Part shown: positions 21,226 to 31,726 of the stretch, one piece after another | Layout of the letters: each line of letters opens with the position of its first letter | How positions within the stretch are numbered: position 1 is the first letter of the stretch | NCBI GenBank assembly: GCA_944321085.1 | Contig: CALUJY010000005.1 | Location: 40,123-104,122 of the forward strand | From: an uncultured Barnesiella sp. | GTDB taxonomy: Bacteria; Bacteroidota; Bacteroidia; Bacteroidales; Barnesiellaceae_A | Direction of reading: 5' to 3' | Length of the DNA stretch: 64,000 bases | Position numbers and translations under genes: made by a program | The notes under the pieces: model-generated | Databases searched by the model: none | Told to the model about the DNA's origin: nothing | Seen by the model: only the letters and a program-made list of their open reading frames with translations

Positions 21226-22497
21226 TCATTTATAGCGTTCGCCCCATAGACGGCGCATGTTCTCGGCCAATTTCTCTTCGGCCGGGCTGTTCTGGGCTAT
21301 CCAAAATCGTTGTGCCGTTGCCTCGTCGGGCAGGTATTGCTGATTGACGAAATGCCCCGGGAAGTCGTGTGCATAACGATACTCTTTGCCGTAGTTGAGT
21401 TCTTTCATCAGTTGGGTAGGGGCGTTGCGCAGGTGCAGCGGTACGGGCAGGTTGCCACTCTCGCGGACGTATGCGAGAGCCTGGTCTATACCAAGGTATG
21501 CCGAGTTGCTTTTGGGGCTGGTTGCCAAGTAGATGGTCGTTTCGGCAAGGGGGATGCGTCCCTCAGGCCATCCTATTTTTTGCAGGGTGTCGAAACAGGC
21601 ATTAGCCAGCAGCAAGGCGTTGGGGTTGGCCAACCCTATGTCTTCTGATGCCGATATGACCAACCGGCGGGCAATGAAAGCGGGGTCTTCGCCGCCGTCG
21701 ATCATGCGGGCAAGCCAATATAGCGCGGCATCGGGGTCGCTGCCCCGTATGCTCTTGATAAATGCCGATATGATGTCGTAGTGCATTTCGCCGTTTTTAT
21801 CGTAAGCGGCGGGGTTTTGTTGCAGGCGTTCTGTGACAATGCGGTCGTTGATGACGAGCGGTTCGCCCTCGGGGGTAGCCTGCTCTATGAGGTCTAAGAT
21901 GTTGAGCAGCTTGCGGGCATCGCCGCCCGAGTATCGGAAGAGGGCGGTAGTCTCCTCGATTTTCGTCTGTCGTTGTTGCAACACTTTGTCGTAGGTAATG
22001 GCACGTTGCAGCAGTTTGTCGAGGTGCTCTTTGTCTAAGGGTTGCAGCACATATACTTGGCATCGCGAGAGCAGCGGGCGTATCACCTCGAATGAGGGAT
22101 TTTCGGTCGTGGCGCCTATGAGCGTCACAGTGCCGCGTTCTACGGCAGCGAGCAGCGAGTCTTGCTGCGACTTGTTGAAACGGTGTATTTCGTCGATAAA
22201 CAAAATGGGGCGTGCCTGCGTAAAAAGATTCGTACGGCAGCGTTCCAATACCTCGCGCACCTCTTTTACACCGGCCTGCACGGCGCTGAGAGTGTAGAAA
22301 GGAGCTTTCAACTGTACCGATATGATGTGTGCCAGTGTGGTCTTGCCTACGCCGGGAGGGCCCCATAAGATAAACGAGGAGATATTGCCGCTCTCTATCA
22401 TGCGGCGCAGTACGGCACCCTCGCCCACGAGGTGTTCTTGCCCTATATATTCGTCGAGGCTTTTGGGTCTTAGTCTCTCTGCCAAAGGTTGTAGCAT
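21226..22497 (-). CDS. rarA: replication-associated recombination protein A (AAA+ ATPase)
   Basis: 'LAERLRPKSLDEYIGQEHL', Walker A 'GPPGVGKTT', Walker B '[16 protein letters not shown]', and the MgsA C-terminal domain 'HYDIISAFIKSIRGSDPDAALYWLARM'. Confidence 0.95.
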   Translation of the reverse strand: MLQPLAERLRPKSLDEYIGQEHLVGEGAVLRRMIESGNISSFILWGPPGVGKTTLAHIISVQLKAPFYTLSAVQAGVKEVREVLERCRTNLFTQARPILFIDEIHRFNKSQQDSLLAAVERGTVTLIGATTENPSFEVIRPLLSRCQVYVLQPLDKEHLDKLLQRAITYDKVLQQRQTKIEETTALFRYSGGDARKLLNILDLIEQATPEGEPLVINDRIVTERLQQNPAAYDKNGEMHYDIISAFIKSIRGSDPDAALYWLARMIDGGEDPAFIARRLVISASEDIGLANPNALLLANACFDTLQKIGWPEGRIPLAETTIYLATSPKSNSAYLGIDQALAYVRESGNLPVPLHLRNAPTQLMKELNYGKEYRYAHDFPGHFVNQQYLPDEATAQRFWIAQNSPAEEKLAENMRRLWGERYK

Positions 22498-22696
22498 CGC
22501 TTTTGCCTTGAAAGGTGAATGTATTATATCGTGTTGTCGGCACTCTTTTCAGACGACAATATTCATACAAAAATAAAGGCTTTTTGTTTTATATGCAACA
22601 AGGCATTCCGGCTATTTCACCATAAATGGTTATTGCGCGATATACGGCAGAAATCCTATCTTTGCGCGAAGAATGTCGTAATATGTAATCTAAAAC

Positions 22697-23506
22697 ATGA
22701 CAGATATGAATGTATTGTATCCTTTTTTGCTCACCATGGGTGCCGGCCTTGCTACTGGCATAGGCAGTGCAATAGCCTTTGTGTCGCGACGCACGTCGCG
22801 TCGGTTTTTCTCGTTCACCTTGGGATTGTCGGCCGGTGTTATGCTGTACGTATCGTTTGTAGAGCTGTTTGCACAGTCGCGTGACCTTTTTGCTGCGGCG
22901 TGGGGCAGTCGTGGCGGCAGTATGGGAGTAGCCGTCTTTTTCTTCATAGGCATGGCGTTTATAGGTATCATAGACAACCTGGTACCGTCGTTCGAGAATC
23001 CGCACGAGATGCGCTCGATAGAGACGATGGATGCGGCACACCGTCGCAAAGAGTCACATCTGCATCACTTGGGCATCATGACAGCCCTTGCCATAGCCAT
23101 ACACAACTTTCCCGAGGGCATTGCCACATTTATGGCCGCCGAGAGCAATCCTGCCGTGGGTGTCGCCATAGCCGTGGCTATTGCATTGCACAATATTCCT
23201 GAGGGTATCGCCGTGTCGGTACCGGTCTATTACGCTACGGGCAGTCGTAAGAAAGCCTTTCTCTACTCGTTGTTATCGGGGCTTGCCGAACCGTTGGGAG
23301 CATTGCTCGCCTTTGCAGTATTGATGCCTTTCATCAACGATGTAGTGCTTGGTGCCGTTCTGGCAGCTGTCGCCGGTATCATGGTATATATTTCGATAGA
23401 CGAGCTGTTACCCGCTGCCCGTGAGTATGGTGAGCCGCATATCTCTATCTATGGTATGGTTGTAGGTATGATGATAATGGCCACAAGCCTTATCATGATA
23501 GCATAA
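22697..23506 (+). CDS. zupT: ZIP-family zinc transporter
   Basis: Polytopic protein with 'AIAIHNFPEGIA' and 'ALHNIPEGIAV' ZIP signature helices. Confidence 0.9.
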   Translation: MTDMNVLYPFLLTMGAGLATGIGSAIAFVSRRTSRRFFSFTLGLSAGVMLYVSFVELFAQSRDLFAAAWGSRGGSMGVAVFFFIGMAFIGIIDNLVPSFENPHEMRSIETMDAAHRRKESHLHHLGIMTALAIAIHNFPEGIATFMAAESNPAVGVAIAVAIALHNIPEGIAVSVPVYYATGSRKKAFLYSLLSGLAEPLGALLAFAVLMPFINDVVLGAVLAAVAGIMVYISIDELLPAAREYGEPHISIYGMVVGMMIMATSLIMIA

Positions 23507-23665
23507 TTGTTAATCATTAACGTGTAATATAGTTAAAATTTGAAATTTTCATTCTTTCGGTTAAACCCTTTTGCCTCTCGGGCGTCTTAATAGCAAAAGT
23601 AATCCGTTAAGGGTTGCAAGTGTAGAAAACTAAAAGAATAAATTAGTAAAAAAGGAGAAACAATT

Positions 23666-24103
23666 ATGAAAACGACCGTGTTATCTATGTTGACACTATG
23701 CGCGATTGCAATGGCTCCGGCCGCAATGGCACAAACGCCCCAGCAAAAAAAAGATGGTAACGGTGCTAAACCCGAGAGACGTTATGAAAGACTTACCAAA
23801 ACGCTTGGCCTTTCTGAGGCACAGGTAAAAGAGCTGAAAGAGGTCGATGCCAAATTCGAGGCTGTGAAGGTAGAGACTCGCCAGAAAATGCAGCAGGCTA
23901 CCGCTGAGCGCGATTCGTTGGTAAAGAAAGTACTTACTCCTGAGCAATATACTAAGATGCTCGAAATGCGCTTAGACGGCCGCAAAGTACGTCGCGCCGA
24001 GATGAGGGCTCCCAGAGGCGAACGCATGGCACCTCCTTGCTGCCCGGCCGATTCAGTCGATTGCCCGCAGCATGACAGACTTATGCATCGTCACAGAAAA
24101 TAG
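23666..24103 (+). CDS. secreted helical protein (Spy/CpxP- or DUF4890-like)
   Basis: Signal peptide followed by Lys/Glu-rich helices ('LGLSEAQVKELKEVDAKFEA…LTPEQYTKMLEM'). The product name is tentative. Confidence 0.5.
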   Translation: MKTTVLSMLTLCAIAMAPAAMAQTPQQKKDGNGAKPERRYERLTKTLGLSEAQVKELKEVDAKFEAVKVETRQKMQQATAERDSLVKKVLTPEQYTKMLEMRLDGRKVRRAEMRAPRGERMAPPCCPADSVDCPQHDRLMHRHRK

Positions 24104-24338
24104 AGCAATAGTTTCATAGGATAGATTGATTTTAAGTAAATCGGATTGTAGAGAAAAAAGTCCTCTTGGCAGTGATGCCCGGAGGATTTTTTCTATTATA
24201 TTGTGTGACAGAATATTAACAGATACGGAATAAAAGAGTTATCCAATATGACAATTATAGAATAGCTGTTTTGGTTTTGAAGAGTGGAATGTTTATAAAA
24301 TAAAAGGAGTAATTAGAATGGATTGATGCATCTTGATT

Positions 24339-24364
24339 ACCGCCCGGCCAATTGGCCGGGCGGT
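24339..24364 (-). terminator. GC-rich hairpin downstream of the 572-aa lipoprotein gene
   Basis: Perfect palindrome ACCGCCCGGCC-AATT-GGCCGGGCGGT, 24 nt past the stop codon. There is no strong U-tract. Confidence 0.5.
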
Positions 24365-24387
24365 ATAATCAGAATGATTGAAATCGA

Positions 24388-26106
24388 TTAAAATCTATTC
24401 ATCATTTTTTTGCAAGCAAATTTGGGAGCGGTTGCAGGATTGAAGGCCTTAATCTGCTCACGAATCTTAGCAGACGAAACCATTGCATCTTCTTCGGCAT
24501 ACGAAACAGTTGCATTGTTAATGTAAGCAACCAGACTTACATAACCGGCCTCATCAGACACTGTAATCAAAACCAAGTTGGGTGTTAAAGAGGAGGGTTG
24601 GAGAGTTCCATTTTCATATTCGAATATAACATCCGGTCCTACTTGATTACCTTCGAGATATGCCAACCAAATAGGACGTATGCTTCCATCAGTAAACTTA
24701 GCCGTACCTACTTGTGTGAAAGCTTGAAGAGATTCGTCTATGATAACGAAGAAATCAGTTCCCGAGTATTCAAACGAGAAACCGTTGAATGTCATAGACG
24801 TTGCAGAGTCGAAGAAACCTACATCAACAAGGAAGCTGCTGATATCCCACTTATAAGCATCCATTCCATCGTATGTCGTTGCACCGGCGCAAGTAAATTG
24901 CGTAGCACTTGTCATGCTGCCACTTGTCATGCCAGTATAAGAACCTGGCGAATCTTCCCAATCGAACGACCATACATACGTACCTTCCGAGAGGAAGCCA
25001 TAAACGCCACCAGGGGTATCGGTTATTTGTGGTTTTACTTTCAGTTCAGCTTTGTTGCTTCCGTCTTTCGATGCTACCGTAACAGTTGCTTCGCGAGGGG
25101 TTTCACCGTTGTTATCCGATGATGCGCTTACCGAAAGGGTATAGGAGCTTGTGCCGTAGTTGCTCTTATCGGTTACCCGTTCTTTGCCTTTGAAGCGGAC
25201 TTGTTCGTTCATGCGGGCAAGCATTTCTCCACCATAAGGTTCGAGTGTTGCTTGGCACCACTCGGCAGAGGACGTAACTGACAAATCGTCGAAATGATAA
25301 TTTGTCATGACACCTATGAACATTACCCCGAACGGGTATGGCAATAAAAGTGTGTCTTGCGAAAGGGAGAGGTAGGGTTCTGCTCCGGCTTGGATGATAG
25401 AGATTTCTTGTATATTATTGTTGCCGTCCAATATAGATACGGTCGCTTCGCGTTGGGCTCCTTCGTTGGGTGTTACTTCTACAAAGATGCCGTCGATCAG
25501 GAAGCTATAGTTGAGAGTCGATGACGTATATACCTGACACCAATCGGCAGAGGACGAGACATTGAACGGTATAATGTTTTCGTTGCCGAACACGATATTC
25601 TGGGCACCGCCATCTTGTCCGAACTCCAACACTTGCAACGGCAGTTTTATCGTCTCTGTGGGATAGAACGGAGTTTGGTATTTTACATCTGCACCGATAA
25701 TTTCGTTCATCGAGTTGACGGTGTAGCTGGTGACAAAGAGACGGTAGAAGTGGCCATAACTGTTGCATGCCACATAACCGGTGCTGGGAACTACTGCGGC
25801 TTTATTTCCCCATCCATGCTTGGGGATTCGTGTTACATTGTCCAAACCCTTCATTTCGCCCAACGATGTAAAATAACCGCCACTGAAATTGTTGGCGTTG
25901 TCGATGTAGAAATTATTGTCCAAATAGGTGTCTCCGTTATTACGCATGGATATTAAGATAGTCCCCTCGGGGTCGGGTACTTCTACTGTGGGGTCGTTTC
26001 CCGGGTTTGTACTCGGTGAGTCAATCTCCTCTTTGGAACAGCTCGTGGCAGCCACGGCCATTGCGGCGATGGCAAGCAAAGAGAAATAGAAATAATGTTT
26101 TTTCAT
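24388..26106 (-). CDS. surface lipoprotein, possibly with BACON/Ig-like domains
   Basis: Lipoprotein signal (…AVAATSCSKEE). Two segments resemble BACON domains ('…ADWCQVY…REATVSILDGNN…ISIIQ' and '…AEWCQATLE…REATVTVAS…'). The rest is unknown. Confidence 0.7.
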   Translation of the reverse strand: MKKHYFYFSLLAIAAMAVAATSCSKEEIDSPSTNPGNDPTVEVPDPEGTILISMRNNGDTYLDNNFYIDNANNFSGGYFTSLGEMKGLDNVTRIPKHGWGNKAAVVPSTGYVACNSYGHFYRLFVTSYTVNSMNEIIGADVKYQTPFYPTETIKLPLQVLEFGQDGGAQNIVFGNENIIPFNVSSSADWCQVYTSSTLNYSFLIDGIFVEVTPNEGAQREATVSILDGNNNIQEISIIQAGAEPYLSLSQDTLLLPYPFGVMFIGVMTNYHFDDLSVTSSAEWCQATLEPYGGEMLARMNEQVRFKGKERVTDKSNYGTSSYTLSVSASSDNNGETPREATVTVASKDGSNKAELKVKPQITDTPGGVYGFLSEGTYVWSFDWEDSPGSYTGMTSGSMTSATQFTCAGATTYDGMDAYKWDISSFLVDVGFFDSATSMTFNGFSFEYSGTDFFVIIDESLQAFTQVGTAKFTDGSIRPIWLAYLEGNQVGPDVIFEYENGTLQPSSLTPNLVLITVSDEAGYVSLVAYINNATVSYAEEDAMVSSAKIREQIKAFNPATAPKFACKKMMNRF

Positions 26107-26714
26107 AACAAAAAAGATGTGTGTGCCACGCAGTCCCCTAACGTAGGCGATAAACGAAAAGCGTGAGGACTTTTAGTTTATCTGTTATTAAAAATACTAC
26201 TGACACAAAGTTTAAATAAATTTTGAATTAGATAGGATATTTTCAATATGAAATAAAGCTAAACGCTTATAATATAAAATGTCGCGACCGCAGTCGGTAC
26301 ACTGCAAAAATAAGAATTTTTATAATAACAAGTCGTTTGTCGGACTCTTTTATATAAATGATATGAATCTATCAATGAAGTGTTGGTTACACTCTAAGGT
26401 GTATTATTGTTTGACTTTCTCGATGATATTTTCAAAATAGATGTATTAACAGTGTGTTTATAGCGATGGTATTGGGGGTGTACATTCATTTTTATGATGT
26501 GTGTGAATGATATAACTTATTGATAATCATGACAAAATGTCGTGTTTGGAGGTCTTTTTGTCTTATCTGACCGTATGTTTCTGCCGTTTTGTCGTGCTTG
26601 GGGGATCGGCATCGCTTTTGCATAGTATGAAGTGAATATCCTGTAAAAGCAGCGTGTTGAATATGAGAGTGGTAACACCTGAAATAATAACAGCAGAAAG
26701 GAGAAAATAAAGAT

Positions 26715-29303
26715 ATGAATTTCAACAATTTTACAATCAAATCGCAAGAGGCAGTACAGAAAGCCGTCGATTACGTGACGCGTAACGGTGGTCAAAGTAT
26801 CGAGGCGGTGCATCTGTTACGAGGTGTGATAGATGTAGGCGACAGCCTGATAGATTTTGTATTCCAGAAATTGGGTGTCAACAAGACGATGTTGATACAA
26901 TGGCTCGACCGTTCTATTGCCGGTCAGCCGAAGGTAAGCGGCGGCGAACCCTATCTGAGCCGTGAGGCAAACGAGGTTTTGCAGCGTGCCACGGATTACT
27001 CGTCGAAGCTGGGCGACCAGTTTGTGGCTTTGGAATCGGTGCTGATGGCATTGTTCCTTGTGAAGAGCGAGGCTTCAACTTATCTGAAAGATGCCGGTGT
27101 TACCGAGAAAGAGTTGGGTGCTGCCATCGAAGAGTTACGTCGTGGTAAAAAGGTGACCGACCAAGGTGCCGAAGGCACGTATAACGCTTTGTCGAAATAT
27201 GCCATCAACCTGAACGAACGTGCCCGTACGGGCAAGCTCGACCCTGTGATTGGCCGTGACGACGAGATAAGGCGTGTATTGCAGATATTGAGCCGCCGTA
27301 CCAAGAATAACCCTATCTTGATAGGTGAACCGGGTACGGGTAAAACGGCCATTGCCGAGGGGCTTGCCCATCGTATCGTGCGGGGCGATGTACCCGAGAA
27401 CTTGAAGTCGAAACAGATTTTCTCTCTCGATATGGGGGCATTGGTAGCCGGTGCAAAATACAAAGGCGAGTTCGAGGAACGACTCAAAGCCGTCGTCAAC
27501 GAGGTGATAGAGTCGGACGGAGACATTATCCTCTTTATAGATGAGATACATACCTTGGTGGGTGCCGGTAAGAGCGAGGGCGCAATGGATGCTGCCAACA
27601 TATTGAAACCTGCCTTGGCGCGCGGTGAGTTGCGTGCCATAGGTGCTACGACCCTCGACGAATATCAAAAGTATTTCGAGAAGGATAAAGCACTCGAACG
27701 GAGGTTCCAAATCGTTATGGTCGACGAGCCCGACGAGATGAGTACCATCTCTATCTTGCGTGGCTTGAAGGAGCGTTACGAGAACCACCACAAGGTGCGT
27801 ATCAAAGACGATGCCATCATTGCTGCCGTACAACTCTCGGAGCGTTACATTACAGACCGTTTCTTGCCCGATAAGGCGATAGACCTTATGGATGAGGCTG
27901 CTGCCAAATTGCGGCTCGAAGTCGATTCGGAGCCCGAGGCTTTGGACGAGATTGTGCGCCGGTTGAAACAGCTCGAAATAGAGCGTGAGGCCATCAAGCG
28001 CGAGAACGACAAGGAAAAGCTGGATACGTTGGGTCGCGAGATTGCCGATTTGCGCGAGGAAGAGACGCGTATGCGTGCCAAATGGACTGCCGAAAAGGAG
28101 TGCATGAACCGCATACAGCAAAACAAGATAGATATAGAGAACTTGCGCTTTGAGGCCGACCGTGCCGAACGTGAGGGCGACTATGGCAAGGTAGCTGAGA
28201 TACGGTATGCACGTATCAAGCAAAAAGAGGACGAGATTGCCGAGGAGCAGAAGAAGCTGCACGAGTTGCAGGGCGACAAGGCGATGATAAAGGAGGAAGT
28301 CGATGCCGAAGATATTGCCGATGTCGTATCGCGCTGGACGGGCATACCCGTGAGCAAAATGTTGCAAAGCGAGCGTGAGAAACTGCTCCATCTCGAAGAG
28401 GAGTTACACAAACGTGTGGTAGGGCAGGACGAGGCCATCAGCGCTATTGCCGATGCCGTGCGTCGCAGCCGTGCCGGACTGAACGACCCGCGCCGTCCTA
28501 TCGGTTCGTTTATCTTCTTGGGTACGACCGGTGTAGGTAAAACGGAGCTTGCCAAGGCTTTGGCCGAGTATCTGTTCGACGATGAGAACATGCTGACGCG
28601 TATAGATATGAGCGAATACCAAGAGAAGTTCAGCGCGACGCGTCTGATAGGTTCACCACCCGGATACGTAGGTTACGAAGAGGGCGGCCAGCTTACCGAG
28701 GCGATACGTCGGAAACCCTACTCGGTAGTGCTTTTCGATGAGATAGAGAAGGCTCACCCCGATATTTTCAACGTGCTGTTGCAGGTACTCGATGATGGTC
28801 GTCTTACCGATAACAAAGGTAGGTTGGTCAACTTCAAGAACACGATTATCATCATGACCTCTAACATGGGTTCGCAACTCATCCGTGAGAATTTCTCGCA
28901 TATCACGCCCGAAAATCGCAGCGAGGTGATAGAGAAAACCAAGGAAGAGGTGCTCTCGATGCTGAAACAGACGATTCGTCCCGAGTTCCTCAACCGTATC
29001 GACGAGACTATCATGTTTACGCCGTTGAGCGAGAGCGAAATCCGCGACATCGTGCGGTTGCAGATAGAGAGCGTACAGAAATTGCTGGCGAAAAACGGTG
29101 TGACGCTCGATGTTACGCCGGCTGCCCTCGGCCTGATAGCCAAAGAGGGTTACGACCCCGAGTTCGGTGCGCGTCCTGTAAAGAGGGTGATACATCGCCA
29201 TGTACTCAATCCGCTGTCGAAGGAGTTGCTTGCCGGTACGGTCAACAACGAGCGACCTATCGTAGTAGATGCCGATGGCGACAAGTTGGTATTCCGTAAT
29301 TGA
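26715..29303 (+). CDS. clpB: ATP-dependent chaperone ClpB
   Basis: Clp N-domain, two AAA+ modules (GEPGTGKTA…; GTTGVGKTE…), a middle coiled-coil, and 'GARPVKRVI' near the C-terminus. Confidence 0.97.
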   Translation: MNFNNFTIKSQEAVQKAVDYVTRNGGQSIEAVHLLRGVIDVGDSLIDFVFQKLGVNKTMLIQWLDRSIAGQPKVSGGEPYLSREANEVLQRATDYSSKLGDQFVALESVLMALFLVKSEASTYLKDAGVTEKELGAAIEELRRGKKVTDQGAEGTYNALSKYAINLNERARTGKLDPVIGRDDEIRRVLQILSRRTKNNPILIGEPGTGKTAIAEGLAHRIVRGDVPENLKSKQIFSLDMGALVAGAKYKGEFEERLKAVVNEVIESDGDIILFIDEIHTLVGAGKSEGAMDAANILKPALARGELRAIGATTLDEYQKYFEKDKALERRFQIVMVDEPDEMSTISILRGLKERYENHHKVRIKDDAIIAAVQLSERYITDRFLPDKAIDLMDEAAAKLRLEVDSEPEALDEIVRRLKQLEIEREAIKRENDKEKLDTLGREIADLREEETRMRAKWTAEKECMNRIQQNKIDIENLRFEADRAEREGDYGKVAEIRYARIKQKEDEIAEEQKKLHELQGDKAMIKEEVDAEDIADVVSRWTGIPVSKMLQSEREKLLHLEEELHKRVVGQDEAISAIADAVRRSRAGLNDPRRPIGSFIFLGTTGVGKTELAKALAEYLFDDENMLTRIDMSEYQEKFSATRLIGSPPGYVGYEEGGQLTEAIRRKPYSVVLFDEIEKAHPDIFNVLLQVLDDGRLTDNKGRLVNFKNTIIIMTSNMGSQLIRENFSHITPENRSEVIEKTKEEVLSMLKQTIRPEFLNRIDETIMFTPLSESEIRDIVRLQIESVQKLLAKNGVTLDVTPAALGLIAKEGYDPEFGARPVKRVIHRHVLNPLSKELLAGTVNNERPIVVDADGDKLVFRN

Positions 29304-29420
29304 TGCCGTCATAAACGGCAACGGGTTCTGCCGGATAATGATATAACCGGTATATAGAGTGCGCCGAGGCGAAAATTGTGAATATCCGATACTGTTTGCC
29401 GAACGGTAATAAAGAGCCAA

Positions 29421-29466
29421 GGGGCTGCATCGTATAGAGATTTGCGATGCAGCCCCTTTCTTTTTG
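29421..29466 (+). terminator. intrinsic terminator after clpB
   Basis: GGGGCTGCATCG (29421-29432) / CGATGCAGCCCC (29445-29456), followed by TTTCTTTTT. Confidence 0.7.
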
Positions 29467-29653
29467 CGATTTGTAGCAAAAAATGTGCCGACTGTTATTT
29501 TTTATAGGAAATTCGATTTCTGTTAGCGTTATTATTTTATAGTAAAGTGGTCATTTAGTACATAAATGTAAGCAAAAAGCGGCGTTTCTGTTAAATAATT
29601 AAAATTTCGTGATTTTTTTGGTCATTAGCTATGCTTTATAACATAAATGGCTA

Positions 29654-29738
29654 TATCTTTGCAGTGTGTTTTTCATAGTATTAGATTAAGATTAAGGTTA
29701 ACGAGGATTGGTTGTCGTGAGACAATCAATTTTTTTTT
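29654..29738 (+). ncRNA. candidate small RNA (orphan promoter motif + strong terminator)
   Basis: TATCTTTG at 29654-29661. Then a 10-bp stem ATTGGTTGTC/GACAATCAAT (1 mismatch) with a GTGA (GNRA) loop at 29707-29730, followed by a T9 run. There is no credible ORF between them. clpB has its own terminator upstream. Confidence 0.3.
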
Positions 29739-29883
29739 GTCCCTACTCGTAGGTTACGCTCTCTTTTTATTTCCCATTGCCGCTATTATTTCATATTGCT
29801 GTTCTTGGTATCGCAAGAGATGGCGACAGTTCCCGTCATTGAAAGCTGTCAGCCTCCTGAAAATGTATGGGCTTTCTTATACG

Positions 29884-31212
29884 TTATTCGGTAGCCCGCG
29901 TAAAAATCAACAGATTCCCGAATTGGCGGAAGGCAAAGCGGTCTTTGTCGCGAAAGGCAATACCGACGCCTGTGGGTGTGTTGACAAAGATGTTGGGCGA
30001 CTTCGACTCTAACCATATCGGCGGCTGCCCCGATATATGTAACGAGAGGTTTTTGCCGTCGCAGGTAATGGTAAATGGCAGAGGGAAACTCTCGGAACGG
30101 AATGTTCCGGCGTACATCGGGAGCGAATCGGTCGGTGTTGTATATTGCTGCAACTGAGAGAAGTCGGGGTATTCGTATTCCCTGCCATATATGGCGCTGG
30201 CAATACCTGTGAGCAATGTGTTGCGTGGCGTAGAGCATCCGTTCAGGCATAGAGCAATGGCGATGCCATCGGTAGGATTGTACATCACCACCGAGTGTGT
30301 GCCGAAGGTGTCGCCAGCATGACCGTAGAACGTATGTTCGTAGAAAGGCATTCGCATCATTCCGTAGCCGAAAATATCGTCGCCTTGCGGCAGCATGGCG
30401 GTTGCAAGCGTATCGCCCAAAATGCTCTTCGAGAAAAGCGCCTCTATCAGTTTTAATAAGTCGCAGGGTGTAGAGATGATGTCGCCTACGCCTATGACGT
30501 TGGGAAAATAGAAGTCGGTGACCTCTTGCCAGCAGTTGGCCGTGTTGATTTGATAGGGAGGGGCAGCGGCCTCGCGGTCGGCAACGGCAGCTTCGGTGTC
30601 GTACATTTTCAGCGGAGCCGTGATGTAGCGAGTTACTATGTCGCGGTAAGGTAGTCCGTAACGGCGTTCCACGATGCGGCGCAGCAGGTAATAGGCCGTG
30701 TTGGAGTAGCGCATATCTTCGCCGGGCGCAAAGAGCACATCTTGTCGCACTATTTCGGCAAGGATTTCGGCCTCGTCGACAGGTTGCGTGAGCCACAGCG
30801 GCAAGGTATCCTCTTTCAGTGCATAATCGGCCAACCCGCTGCGATGCGACAGCATGTGAGCGATGGTGATGCTGTCGGCCGTAGCGAAGAGCGGGAAATC
30901 GTTCTCTAATACGGTTCCCGGTGTTAACTTTTTTTCTTCACACAGGCGATGCACTAAAATGGCGGTGAATAGCTTGCTCACAGAGCCTACGCGATATTTC
31001 CCGTTGTCGGGCGGTACGGCCTGTTTGCCGAATGCCCGGTCATATATCGTCTTACCGTTTTGTGAGATAGCCACCTCACCTATGCCTTGGTTGTGTTGTT
31101 CTATGTAGGAAATGAACGAATCGACAGCCGCCACGTCGATATTTTGTGCCGAGGCATGAGAGTGAGAAGCGGCGAGGAGGACGACGAGTAAGAGCTTGTG
31201 TGTTATGCGCAT
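29884..31212 (-). CDS. beta-lactamase-fold serine hydrolase (secreted)
   Basis: Signal peptide, the 'VGSVSKLFTA' SxxK motif, a YSN motif ('RYSNTAYY') and a 'HAGDTFG' region. Confidence 0.85.
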   Translation of the reverse strand: MRITHKLLLVVLLAASHSHASAQNIDVAAVDSFISYIEQHNQGIGEVAISQNGKTIYDRAFGKQAVPPDNGKYRVGSVSKLFTAILVHRLCEEKKLTPGTVLENDFPLFATADSITIAHMLSHRSGLADYALKEDTLPLWLTQPVDEAEILAEIVRQDVLFAPGEDMRYSNTAYYLLRRIVERRYGLPYRDIVTRYITAPLKMYDTEAAVADREAAAPPYQINTANCWQEVTDFYFPNVIGVGDIISTPCDLLKLIEALFSKSILGDTLATAMLPQGDDIFGYGMMRMPFYEHTFYGHAGDTFGTHSVVMYNPTDGIAIALCLNGCSTPRNTLLTGIASAIYGREYEYPDFSQLQQYTTPTDSLPMYAGTFRSESFPLPFTITCDGKNLSLHISGQPPIWLESKSPNIFVNTPTGVGIAFRDKDRFAFRQFGNLLIFTRATE

Positions 31213-31223
31213 GATGTTGCCCG

Positions 31224-31691
31224 TTACTTACTGTTTTGTGGCAACAGGAAAGTATCTATGATTTTAACAAGCTCTTCTTTGGACATTGCGCCCATGGAAC
31301 CTTGTGGGTTGCCTTGCATGGGGCAGAAGAGGAAGGCCGGTATGGAGTTTACGCCGAAAGCGGCAGCGAGCTCTTCCTCTTTATCTACGTCGATTTTGTA
31401 AATATCTATTTTACCGGCATATTGTGCTGCAAGTTCATCCAAGATAGGAGCCATTTGACGGCAAGGACCACACCACGAAGCCGTGAAATCGACGATGCAG
31501 GGACGCTGGCCGAGATATTGCCAAGAGTCGGGATTCTTTTCGTAATTGACTACGAGTTGCAAGAACTCCTGTTTTGTTATGTACCTTGCCTGCGTCTGTT
31601 TGTTGTTGTTGTTGTTGTTGTTGTTTTGCGCACATGCCGTTATGAAAAATGCGCCGATGGCGAAAAGTGCGATAGTGATAATTTTTCTCAT
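31224..31691 (-). CDS. thioredoxin-family lipoprotein
   Basis: Lipoprotein signal (…FFITACAQ), an Asn8 linker, and a thioredoxin fold with active site 'WCGPC'. Start chosen at Met 'MRKIITIALFA'. Confidence 0.85.
   Translation of the reverse strand: MRKIITIALFAIGAFFITACAQNNNNNNNNKQTQARYITKQEFLQLVVNYEKNPDSWQYLGQRPCIVDFTASWCGPCRQMAPILDELAAQYAGKIDIYKIDVDKEEELAAAFGVNSIPAFLFCPMQGNPQGSMGAMSKEELVKIIDTFLLPQNSK
31602..31625. repeat. (GTT)8 trinucleotide repeat (encodes Asn8 on the - strand)
   Basis: Eight uninterrupted GTT units counted in the sequence. They correspond to QNNNNNNNNKQ in the thioredoxin lipoprotein linker. Confidence 0.95.
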
Positions 31692-31726
31692 AGTTTCTTT
31701 TTTAATATAACGTTTGATATATAAAA

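Noticed and set aside
27135-28391. 418-aa ORF on the - strand (plus 27080-27640, 28181-28591 and 28653-29420)
   Set aside because: All are antisense or shadow frames within clpB, whose identity is unambiguous.
29647-30012. 121-aa ORF on the + strand
   Set aside because: It reads through a strong intrinsic terminator and continues antisense into the hydrolase gene. Its composition is non-coding-like.
29849-30796. 315-aa alternative-frame ORF overlapping the serine hydrolase gene
   Set aside because: It is an Arg/His-rich shadow frame. The SxxK-containing frame (29884-31212) is the real gene.
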